A DNA stretch of 64,000 nucleotides from Diadema antillarum. Its lineage: Eukaryota. Positions 38,456 through 50,400 of the stretch are shown here, one piece after another. Both the position numbers and the translations under genes were made by a program. The notes under the pieces are model-generated. The model did not search any database, was not told the DNA's origin, and saw nothing but the letters and a program-made list of their open reading frames with translations. Positions within the stretch are counted from its first letter, which is position 1. Every line of letters starts with the position of its first letter. The DNA is taken from contig NW_027271047.1 of NCBI RefSeq assembly GCF_040938485.1, forward strand, positions 310,001 through 374,000. The letters run 5' to 3'.

Positions 38456-41400
38456 ATCGTGTGCTTGCGTATGTGTTTAAAAGCTACAATGGGGGAAGGG
38501 ATAGAGAGAGTTATATAAGATGAGGAAAAGCGTGTTGTAGTTGTATTGCGTAGAATATTATAGAGACTTTTAATATGTACATTGATGGAAATGTACTGTC
38601 TATTCCTTCATTACTGGAAACAAAACGACGCCAGTTTCCGAAATAACTTCTATCGACCCACAAATACGCTGCCCTGCATCATTTTTACAGGATTTCCATT
38701 GTTTTTTATTATCAACAGAGAGTGTGCTAAGAAAGAAGTTGGTCTAACAAAAGACGCTTTGGTACCTTTAATCGGTTCGGCTACATGATACTTTAACCTC
38801 CGACAACTGTTCATAATTATTCTTATCATTCGGATGAATCATTCTGTATTATTATGTCCCTACCATACCATGAATGTTATCTATCTGACTTTCGTCGAAT
38901 ATGAACTTTGTTCATACATCGATAGTTTAACACTTTCACTACCCTTTGTCTGAATTTCAAAGTCAGAAATTTTGAAATTCGAAACTCTCGATTTCCTTTC
39001 ATGTAGCAGGTTAGTAACTTTTGAAAAAAAAACAAAAGGAATCCTAAGGTCAAATCTTGTTGCGCCCGATTGCATCCAATGATCTTATTGGCCACTTTTA
39101 TCAAAATACAGTGTAGCTGCCGATTTCATACCATTTTCGTTTGTCTTAACATACTTATTTTTATACAGAGTATCATTTTGTAATTCATCCGCTCTCATGT
39201 AAATTTTGTTTTTAACATGACCCATACGAGAACGCAACCGATAGAGATTTTGAGTTATCTACAACATACACAAAAAGCTAAGTCTTAAATTTGAGAGGAG
39301 CATTCAGACGGGAAGTATGACACAGGAGTGGAGGTGAAAACAAACAGAGTAAGTGAGTGAGATAAAGAGAGAACTTACCCGCCTGGCTAAGGCTTTTCGA
39401 TCCATTTTGGCCAGGTTCTGAACCGAATCTTTCATCATGGCGACCCGCATGATGTTTTGTAGTTCCCGATACTCGAGCTGGAGATCAGCATTGACTACCA
39501 GGTACGACTTGCCGTTGAACGCTCGACTTCGACCTGTGGATCACACATTAAGAATTCGGAAAAAATATATACGTATCACACACAAAAACACACACACATA
39601 CACACACACAAAACTGACTTCAAGGGATAATATCTGTTATCGACATCAATTATGTAGATTGTGTGGATTGTTTTACATTTAATTGTGTATTGAAGTAGAC
39701 CTACGTGTATATTCAGTCACTTTGATACATGTGTACACTGTATATACACTTATCTAGTGATAAGCCTGTGGATTATGGTGGGAGCATGAGTGATTTCGGT
39801 GAAGTTTACGATGATTTCACGTTTTTATTTTATTTTTTAAAGTGCATGTCAAAATTTTCTACAAACTGTATAGCAGGTATAATGACCGCCATTGTGATAG
39901 GATATACAAATAGATACGATTCACCCCCTTGACCACGCCCCCTCCCCAATTTACTATGTATGCTCTTCTTCTTCACCCATGGGTCATCGTCTGCAAGAAA
40001 TGCGTGGAAGGTTAACTTGCGATATTCGGGTGAGCGCAAGACCCCGGGTCTCTTGTTTCAATGGAAAATTGTGAGGTGATCAGCTCATGCACTAATTTGC
40101 ACATTATATCTACTGCTCGAAAACTTTTTGACATAGATATTAAAATCTTTAGAATATATCATAACTTATTTTTAATCTGATTACGGTAATTTTTTTCAGG
40201 CTTTTCCATATAGATTGTTTGCATCTTTTAGATTTATTTCAGGTCCAGAATTTGTCCTCTAACAGTTTTGAAATGATTCGAAGCAAATTCGTCTTAGGAT
40301 AGATTCTCAGCTTTCAATATTGACTTTCAATTGTAATTTCAACAACGAAAAAACAAGCAAACAAATAAACAAACAAACGTGGCAACATATTTTAGAGGCA
40401 TGTCCGTCGAATTGGCACTGATGGGTTATAGAAGCATTCAATGGTTCAGGGGCAGCAGAATGGGGTGGGGGAGGGGCAAAAAAAAAATGACTTCCCTAGT
40501 GTTGAAGCTTAGTAAAAAAAAAACAACAACAACAACAGTATAGAACAAAATTACTTGCCATGCAGCCACGATCGCTGAACAAAACTGCTTATGAATGGAT
40601 TATGATAATAGTATATTGATACCATGCAATTACAATCACATCACGAAAGAAAAAAAATCGAAGAAGCCATTTCAGTTTCGATTCTGAAACGCATTCAATC
40701 ACAATTTTGTTTACGATCGTATCCCGAGTCGTCCAATTACCTTTTGTCTGCACGTGTCCTACGTCACTTGTCACGTAGTTGTATCTGACTACAACGTTGC
40801 ACTTCTGGATATCGAGTCCTTCTTCTGCTACTGACGTAGAAACGACGATTTTCTTTTCTCCTTCTCTGAACATCTTGAGCAATTCAGCCTGTGCGTTAGA
40901 AGTCATTCCTGTTGGAAAGACAAGCAGACAACACAACGTGGTCAATCGGAAGCCTAGAGCTGTGATGACAGCAAGAAAGTATGATATAAAATGAATACAT
41001 TTTTTTAAATCTATTTTTAGAAAGATAAGAAAGCTGAGAAGGAAAAAAAATAGTCTTCGGAGAATATCAGTCCAGCGTGTATTGTATGCTTTAGCACATT
41101 AATTGAGGATTGACATAAGGAGAACATAACAGAAATAATGTATACATTAACCTTTTAGGCATTCCACACGATTTTCATAATATTTCACATGTAGACCCTA
41201 CTAAAAAAATCGACAGCTCCATGTCTAGATTCGTGGAATTTATTGTTGTCCTAGAGCAGAGAAACCAATAAACTGAAAATCTTGAACAAATTACACTGAA
41301 CAGTGTTGATGACATCACAGCCTCACATATTATTTCAGAAATGTAGCAGAGTAATTTCATTGCAATACCTGACAAATTCACCTGTGAAGAATATCTATGC

Positions 41401-44400
41401 ATGCCTTATTCTTTTGTTCTGCTTCCTTGACCCCGACTCATGCATTCTTGTGGCGAGGCTGCCATCATCCTCGTTCATTGCAATTTGTTATAAATTTTGA
41501 AAACATTCTCATTCCTCGTCCCAATCACTATAAATTCTGAAACTCCATAGTCAGTTTAACTAATTATAGATGCTCAAATGTAAAAGTCTGAAAATCATCT
41601 GGAGATCCCCTTTAATATTTTGCCTCATTCATGAGATTTTCAATATGTAGTGTATATATTTCTCCGAGTTGTCTGCCGTGCTGTTAAATGGGACTAGCCT
41701 GCGTGTTTTTGGCCAAGGATTACTAACATGCGAAAGTACTAAGGGCATGGTATCATGAAATAATGACCACTTTTGTTTTGTCCATGTGTGCGGTTAACGA
41801 CAATGAATCCGATGTGCTTTAAAGAGAACATGATTGTGTACCTTGATCACCACTTCCGATAAGGAAACCAGCCTTAAACTTCTTCAGGAACGGTTCCTCA
41901 TTCAGCCATTTGACCAGAGCGATAGCCGACTGGCGAGTCTTGGTGAAGATGATGGTCAGAGATTCCGGCTCAAGGCGGTATTCGTGCTTTAGCCTTCTCC
42001 CCAGCTCGGCCAGCACGGGGTTGCTGCTCAGATGCAGCTCGGAGGACTGCCGCAGTTCGGGGAGAGCGTCTGTGAAAAATCATAACTCTGTGAAACCTCA
42101 TTTACTTTGCTGAAAAAAAAAAGGGCTGAGGGATAACACCAAATTATACATAAACAGGCAAAACACAGACACACCGACACACAGACATGAGGAACACACG
42201 CACACACACGCACAAACTCACACACATTCAAGAATCCATTGTTGTCATATCACCTTAGAAAAATATTGATAGTGAACTGTCTTTCCACACCGAACTCCCC
42301 GACCATTCCAAGTGTATCACAATTCTATCGAATATGATATCACATAACATTCTGGCTGTAGAAAATGCCAACCTCTATGGCTTCTTTGTGGCAATTATTG
42401 CAGTATACAAAAAAGAGCAAAACAGAGTACTAGTAGTAATCCTTAAATCTTAGTTGGTCTTTTGTTCTTGTTATCTTCGTAATTATCTTTATTGTCTTAA
42501 TTATCTGTACAGTACTATACATTGTGACTCTACAACACGATGAAAACTTCAAAATGATGTGGGTCCTACCTCTAAACTGCTTGGCTAGAATCACATCAGT
42601 CAGGCCCGAAGCTATCTCTCGTTCTGAAGTGGCTAGGAACTCCTCCATGTAGTCGATGGCGTCAGTGGTACGGACATCACGGTTGATGAACAGGCAGTTG
42701 TTGTATTTCTGTATATACCACGTGCACAAATTACAAACCTTTAATAATCACCATCGCAGAGTGAAACCAATAATATATTTACAGTCTTTCTCATTTCATT
42801 AGTTTTGTCAGTATAAGGAGCTTTTCCCGACATAAACGTGAGTGAATTATACAAATCTTGATGGAAATGCAGAAATTCTGCCCCCATAAAACAATATCAA
42901 TGGATTGAAGCACGCAATTTTGTCACCTTTCATGTAATTAAACGAAACATGATTATCACGCATTTGTAATGTGCCCACGGTCATTGACGGTGAAATATAC
43001 AGAGGTTATCTGCAGGTGACGAAGTTGAAATACATGTGATAGCACAGGTATCAATACGTAACCTATGTTGAGATATATTGGTATATTGGTACATTGGTAT
43101 ATTTGTATGTTGGTATGATGGTGGTATATTGGTATGTTGGTAGGCCCTACATTAGTATATTGGTACGTTGGTATGTTGGTATGTCGGTATATGTTGTTAT
43201 GTATGGACATGAGAACAGCCTGTGCTACTGCACGGATACCCAAGGGTAAGCGGATTACTGGTCTTGAACTACTTTACATGACAATATACCACATTGTGCC
43301 TCCGCTACGCTCCTCAAGACTCATTAGGCGTGTCTTCATCAGCCCGAAGTTCAAACTAGCGGGACATTTTGCGGTCTTAGAAAATAGCCCGATACAGCGA
43401 ATGTGCGTCTTCATCAGCTCGAACAGCCTGCTTCGGGAAATAAGTCCGAAAATTGACGCATGCGCACTTTGCAATATTACTCTGCCTGGCTCGCGGTTCG
43501 AAAGTGGATTTCCCCGCTCAAAATCTCCTATATCACCGTATGTACGATTCTACAACAAGGGAGGTGAGCAGTACAGCAAATTCTCTCCAAAGGGATATTA
43601 ATAACGCTACTCTTTCTTCTGTCCAGTGAGGCATCTTATATGAAATTAACGAATTACAATGTTTAAACAAATCCAAAATGCACACAATCTGCAAGAATCT
43701 TCAGCTAAGGTAGAGTGGACCAGAAGAAGAAGTTAAAAAAAAAAACAGCTGGCATGCACGGCACTGAGTTTTAATAGGGAGGTGACAGAAATAACCTCCC
43801 TGGTTTTAAAGATGACAACAACAGTAGGCCTATAGTACACACATTGTGATCCTTGAATACACCGTGCGTGTAATGTACTATACACAATCACTAGCTGCTT
43901 GTACATGCGCTTTCCATTGCCAGCTGGCTAACCAGAAGCGTGGAGGGATCGAGAAAATTTCGGGCTGATGGAGACGCACCCAAGATAGCGCGCTATTTCA
44001 CGAATTAGCGCTCTAGTTGACGAACTAGACCAAGATTTTGGGGGAAATTTTCCCGATCAAATAGCGCGCTATCTGCGTCTTCACTACACAGATAGCGCGC
44101 TATTTTGACATCGGACTAGTTTGGTAACCGCAAGATAACGCGCTATTTTGAAACTTCGGGCTGATGAAGACACGCCTATTATCTTGTACAAAGGCTCGTC
44201 TCGAAACTTGCTATTCACAAGAATCTAGCGCCTTACGTATATCTGCATAGGAATCAAAATGTCGAAATCTGTTCAAATGTCCACCAGACAGACAAGGCAG
44301 TCGCAAAGTCAAAACCAAGTGTCAAACGACAAGCCGATGAATGCCGCCACGACAGATTTCTCTCAAAATGATGAATTTCTCACTGCCGTAAAAGACGCAG

Positions 44401-47400
44401 TCAAACAAGCAGTGCGCGAAGAAATGAAGGAAATCAGACAGGAACTTTCAATGATGACGACGCAGATTGAACTCAACGAATCCAGAATACTTTCTCTAGA
44501 AGTTTGCGATGACCAAAAGACAAAGAAAATAGATGAATTGGAGAGAAAACTACTTGAACAAAGAGAGCAAATACAATCACTGGAAAACAAAGCGAAAGAA
44601 TCGGAGCAATATTCGAGAAGAAACTGTTTGAGGGTATTTGGAATCCCGGAAGTCAGGGGTGAGAATACTGACGATATTGTCCTCAAGCTCGCCAAAGAAA
44701 AGCTCGGTATCGAAATCGACATCAATGACCTCGACAGGAGTCATAGAACAGGACCCCATCGAACCTCAGAGCGATCGTATGCCCACAAAAAAGCAGAGCG
44801 TCAACAAGCGCACTCGCAAGATACAGCGACATCGACGTCATCATCGTCATCGTCATCGCGCGTGAGTGAAGCCTCGTCTTCTTCCAAGGCGAACAGCAAG
44901 CTGTATCATCGGCCCATCATTGTCAAATTCGCAACATACCGTGCACGGCAAGTCGTCATGAAAGCTAGGCGCAAACTCAAACAATCGGGAATCTCTATTG
45001 CAGAGGATCTCACGGCATCAAACTACAGAATTCTCAAAACAGCCAGACAATCCAAAAACGTCTCTGCTGCGTGGTCTCAAGATGGCAGAGTCTATGTTAC
45101 CATTGTTGGGAAAAGTGAAAGGAAGCACGTGACCTCTCTCCAGGACGCGCAAAAGTTGTAAAACATGTTAAAAAAAAATCACGTCAGACACGATGAACAA
45201 TGAGGGTGCTTGTTGTCATTATAATTATTCCCACTGGCGGCACTTTTCTGTTGTTTTAACTTTTAAATTGATTGATTTTTTTTTTTTGAAGTCATAATTT
45301 AGATGTCTTGTAATTCAGTTGAATTTATGGGTAAAGATTTTTTATGTGGTTTATGTAATAAGTCAGTAAGGGTAAATCAAAAAGGTTTGAAATGTACTCA
45401 GTGTAAGAAATGGGTTCATATCTCATGTAATGGTATCGCAGAGAAGCTGTACAATGATGTAACAGAGCAGTTTGTAGGCTGGGAATGTCGTAAATGTACT
45501 ATGAGGCGTATGCCGTTTTACGGTGAACAATATGAATATGAAAAGAAAACTGCAAGTGCATGTAATCAGAAAAGTCATAATTTAGAAAGTGTAAAGAATG
45601 AAAGTTTAGAAATTTCGCATATGAGTCCGAATGGACTAAATTGTGCACATTTAAATGTTGTGAGTTTAATGAAGAATTTTGATGAGATCAAAGCTATACT
45701 CTGCAGTAATGATATTCATATATTTGCTATAAATGAAAGTCGGCTTGATGAAAGTATTCATTCTTCGGAAATTAAAGTTGACCATTATAGATTGATTCGA
45801 AAAGATCGTAATAGGCAAGGCGGTGGTGTTGCTGTATACATTCATGAAAGCTTGAATTACAAAGAAGTATCAGATCCCTCCATTAATGAGTTGGAGGCGA
45901 TACTGTTATTGATTGATGTTACAAAATGTACACCCCTACTTTTTGCGAACTGGTACAGACCTCCTAATTCAAAATGCAATATTCTCTCTGCGTACGAAGA
46001 TATGTTGGTTTTTATTGAAGGGTTCGGAACACCTGCGATTTTGATGGGAGACATCAATCTAAATATTATGCAACATTCATTAAGTACTGATTGCCGAAGG
46101 TATTGTGAGATAAATGAAATTCATGATCTTCATCAAATTAATACATGTGAATATACGCGTATATCTCCTGATTCACGGTCTCTCATAGATCATATGTTGT
46201 GTAGTCAACCTGATAAGGTAATATGTTGGGGTATACATGACATGGGATTCAGTGATCATTCTCTGAGCTATCTCTCATGGAAAGTAAAGCAGATGAACAA
46301 TACAAACAATTATGCAAATGTGATTATGTTTAGAAAAACTTCTGGTGTTGACATAGATGCAGTTAAAGATGAAATGCGGTCACAAAATTGGTCTGAAGTA
46401 GAAGAATGTGGTTGTTTAGATGATGCAGTGTCTCAATGGGAGAAATTGGTAATGGAAGTTGTAGATAAGCATATGCCAGTCAGAGTCAAGAGAGTAAAGA
46501 AGAAACACTCTCCATGGATTAATGAGTTTATTTTTGAACTGATGAAGAAACGGGATAAATCGAAAAAGAATGCGAAATTGCACAACAAGGTCGAAGACTG
46601 GAGAGAATATAAGAAAATACGAAATAAAGTTACGTTGGAAATAAAAAAAGCAAAAAAGAAATATTACGTTGAAAAAATATGTGACAGTCAAGGTCGTGAG
46701 CAATCTTGGAACATCCTCAAATTATTCATGCCTACTAAGTCTTCAGAAATGGTTCATATTGCTGGAGACGGAAAAAATATAGCTGAGGAATTTAACAGTC
46801 ACTTCTCAAATGTTGCCAACTCTATTCTTTTCGAGGAAAATGAATCGCAAGATATCTTACTAAATTGTATGAATAGAAATGGAAACTCATTTGTATTAAG
46901 TCCAGTGAGGGAAATAGATGTATTTAAAGAAATTTCTGCTCTTGCAAACAAAAAGTCGGCAGGCATTGATGGTATAACTTCTTATGTTTTGAAGTCATGT
47001 GGCTTGGAGCTTGTTAAAAGTATAACGCACATTATCAATAGATCGATTCGTGAGGGACGAGTTCCGAAGCGATGGAAAATAGCAAAGATCACACCATTGT
47101 TTAAAAAGGGAGATAAATCCGATCCCGATAATTACAGACCTATTTCTCTCTTACCATGCGTCTCGAAACTCTTAGAAAAAATCGTCCAACGTCAACTGAT
47201 CCGATTTGTGTTAGACAATGACATTATCGCGCACCATCAGTCTGGATTTCGAAAATTGCACTCGACAAGCACTGCTGTAATTAAGGTAACAGATGATTGG
47301 CTTATGTCACTTGACCATGGCATGTACACTGGAGCTGTTTTTGTTGACCTCCAAAAGGCTTTTGATCTGGTTGACACTGACATTCTACTGAAGAAGCTTG

Positions 47401-50400
47401 CTTCTACCTTAGGACTTACGGGTAAATCCTCAGACTGGTTTCATAGCTATCTAAAAGGCAGACATATAAGAACTGCTGTTAATGGTACGTTATCATCAGA
47501 ATTACCGATGACTCATGGGGTACCACAAGGATCTATACTTGGTCCGATATTGTTTTTGTTATTCATAAACGATTTGCCAAACTGCTTCGAGAAATGTTCG
47601 GAACATTTTTATGCAGACGACACTGTCATCTACTATTCAAATAGAGATCCGAAAATAATAGAACATGTACTTAATGAAGAATTACAGAAATTAAGCGTGT
47701 GGATGAATCATAATAAGTTGAAAGTAAACTGTTCAAAAACTGTTTCTATGTTAATCGGCACAAAACATATGCTTCATAAACATAGTACACTCAACTTAAG
47801 AATAAAGAACAAATTTATATCTCAAGTTGAAAGTTTTAAGTATCTAGGTATTATCATTGATTCGCAGTTAAAATGGGACTTACATATTGGGCAATTGTGT
47901 AAAAAGATTAGTAAGATGATAAGTTTTTTGGCCAGGGTGAGAGGATTCGTCAACGAATCAACTATGAAATTGCTGTATAATTCAGTAATTTTACCTCATT
48001 TTGATTATGGTGATATGATCTGGCACTCAGCAGCCAAATCCCATGTAGAAACGTTACAGAAACTACAAAACAGAGCAGGCAGGATAATACTCAAAGTAAA
48101 GTCGTCTGAACATAAATCAATAAGTGAAATTCATGATAATCTGAAGTGGGAAACTTTACAAAGTCGCAGCACAAGGCATGTTTATTTGATGATGTACAAA
48201 ATTCTTCATGAAATGGCACCTACCTATTTACGTGATAAATTTATTTACAAAGAAACCGGTTACTCTTTAAGACAATGTGAGAAACTGATTTTACCGAAAC
48301 CTAATTCTCAGAATTGCAAACGTACATTTTTATATCGTGGTAGTACATTGTACAATGATCTACCTTTGTCTATTAGACAGTCGAGCAGCCTTACTGATTT
48401 CCACAGAGAAATCAAAAATCGTATGTGTAGATTTTGAACCGTAAAATAGTACAATTATTGAAAATGAATTGATGAATATATGTTGTATGTATTTACATGT
48501 ATATTACCCTATGTTACCAGAGATCTAAGATGATTCGGGGGGGGGGGGGGGAGGGGGTGTTTGAGGGATTGTTTTGTGATATGATTTTAGATATTATGTT
48601 TGGTATGAATGAAAGACATGTTAGTTATTATATGTTTATAAATCTTGGACCCCATGGAAGAACAGATCTATAATCATGTTGACAGATCTGAAATGGGCTA
48701 TCCACCGTTACATGTTATCATCATTATCACATGTCAACTTGTTTTCATTGTATTTTGATACTTCAATCTTGATTCATGTTTCAGTTATGTCATGTTCAAC
48801 ACTGTTTATCTTGTATATGATTTTATTGTTTCGGAAATAAAAACAAACAAACAACAATGTTGGTATGTTGGAATATTGGTATATTGGTGTTTTGGTATGT
48901 ATTAGTATATTGGACATCAATGTGAGGAAGAGATTTCCTCTTTATATTGATCCAGGGTTTGTGGGATCTTTCTTGATTTGTTTTGTTTGTTTTATTATAC
49001 TAAACAATAGGATTGATTGAAAGTTTCCAGTATTTTTGTCGAAAGCAATAGCTATTTCCTTTATGTTGTGATCGCGTACTAAAAGCAGAGATATACAAAT
49101 GTATGTACTTGATTAAACATCACCTACAAAACCAGTATACAATACATGTAATTCTTTCTCTCATTGGTTTTTTTTTTTCAAGAAACATCATTGCTTTAAA
49201 AGTCTGACAAAATTCCCTCACCCTAAGGAACTCAACGTAGGTGAGAAGTTTCTGATGCTCTTCGCCATCGTTCACTCGAAGTCTGATTTGCTTGGTGAAA
49301 TCGACCACCCAGTTCTCGTAGTGTTGCTGACCTCGCTTTGAGCGTGCCGTTGTCGAGGTGCTGTCAGCAGACAGTAGTCGCGAGCCCTCTACGGTAAGGT
49401 AATACAAATCGTGCACATTGCAAAGAATCAGTCAAGTGGCGTCGATGAATCCTAATCAAAGAGATTTTCTCCTCCCCACCACTGGGGAAAATCACTTTGA
49501 TCCTAATAGGGAGCTTTAGACTTTGACGCGCGGACGTTTGAGACGACGAAGCGCGCTGGACGTTCTCCTCTCCCCTACGTCGTGTTGAAAAATAGCTTTA
49601 GATTACGCTGGGACGCAACCGTGGACGCAACGTATAAAAATGAAAATCGCGCCCCCATATGATCGGTGCATGAAGTAGTTCTCTACTTTGCAAACTGTGC
49701 GGACGTAAAAATAGGCCAGTACGCGTAGTGAAAAACTCACGCGACGCAAGCTAAAAATAGATCTACTTGGCACGTGCTTCTGCGCACGCTCAGAACATGT
49801 TTTTTTCCCTCTGAACGTCCGCGCGACTAAAATCTAAAGCTCCCTATTATATTACTGCTACATTCAAGTATATTTTGTGCGACGAGGGCCGTCCGGTTAA
49901 GTGTACGAAATTACATAGGCCTACTGTTTACCACTGGAAATATTCATTTGAAGTTTCTGGCATTTAGCTTTGCACCACAATGATTCCTGCTAGTGAGAGT
50001 GTCTTTCATTTTATTTCATTTCATTTTACGACGGAGATAGATTAAGTGAATAATATCACAGACTTTGCCGTAGATATTCTCGACAAATAGGTAAAATTGT
50101 TCCCGTATCACAGCCTCCTTTATCATTACTATGTGATATGCTTCCCTATAAAACAAGAATGATGAATGATTACAACTCTCGTTACGATAACCACAAGGAT
50201 GGCATCACTTTAACAGTTATTCTCATTATACTATTGTTGCGATACGGATACCTATCCTGTTTCACGATACATATACATGTACTGTAGTCAATATAAGCCC
50301 TGTGTCGAAAAAAAAAAATGGTTTGCACAAGACTAGTATGTGACAAAATGAACTCCCGTTATAACGAATACAATTATAACAAAATTTTGGCTACAACGAA

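Larger units (their letters stand above)
43955..48858 (+). mobile_element. Apparently full-length, intact L2/CR1-group non-LTR retrotransposon in an RLR intron (antisense to host)
   Basis: 5' motif region, ORF1, ORF2, 3' UTR with GGACCCCATGGAAGAACAG...AATGGG stem motif, AATAAA and (AAAC)n tail. 5' boundary uncertain (could extend to ~43206). Confidence 0.92.

Noticed and set aside
43134-43601. 155-aa plus-strand ORF before the LINE
   Set aside because: Starts in a minisatellite and runs through the inverted motif module; no domain.
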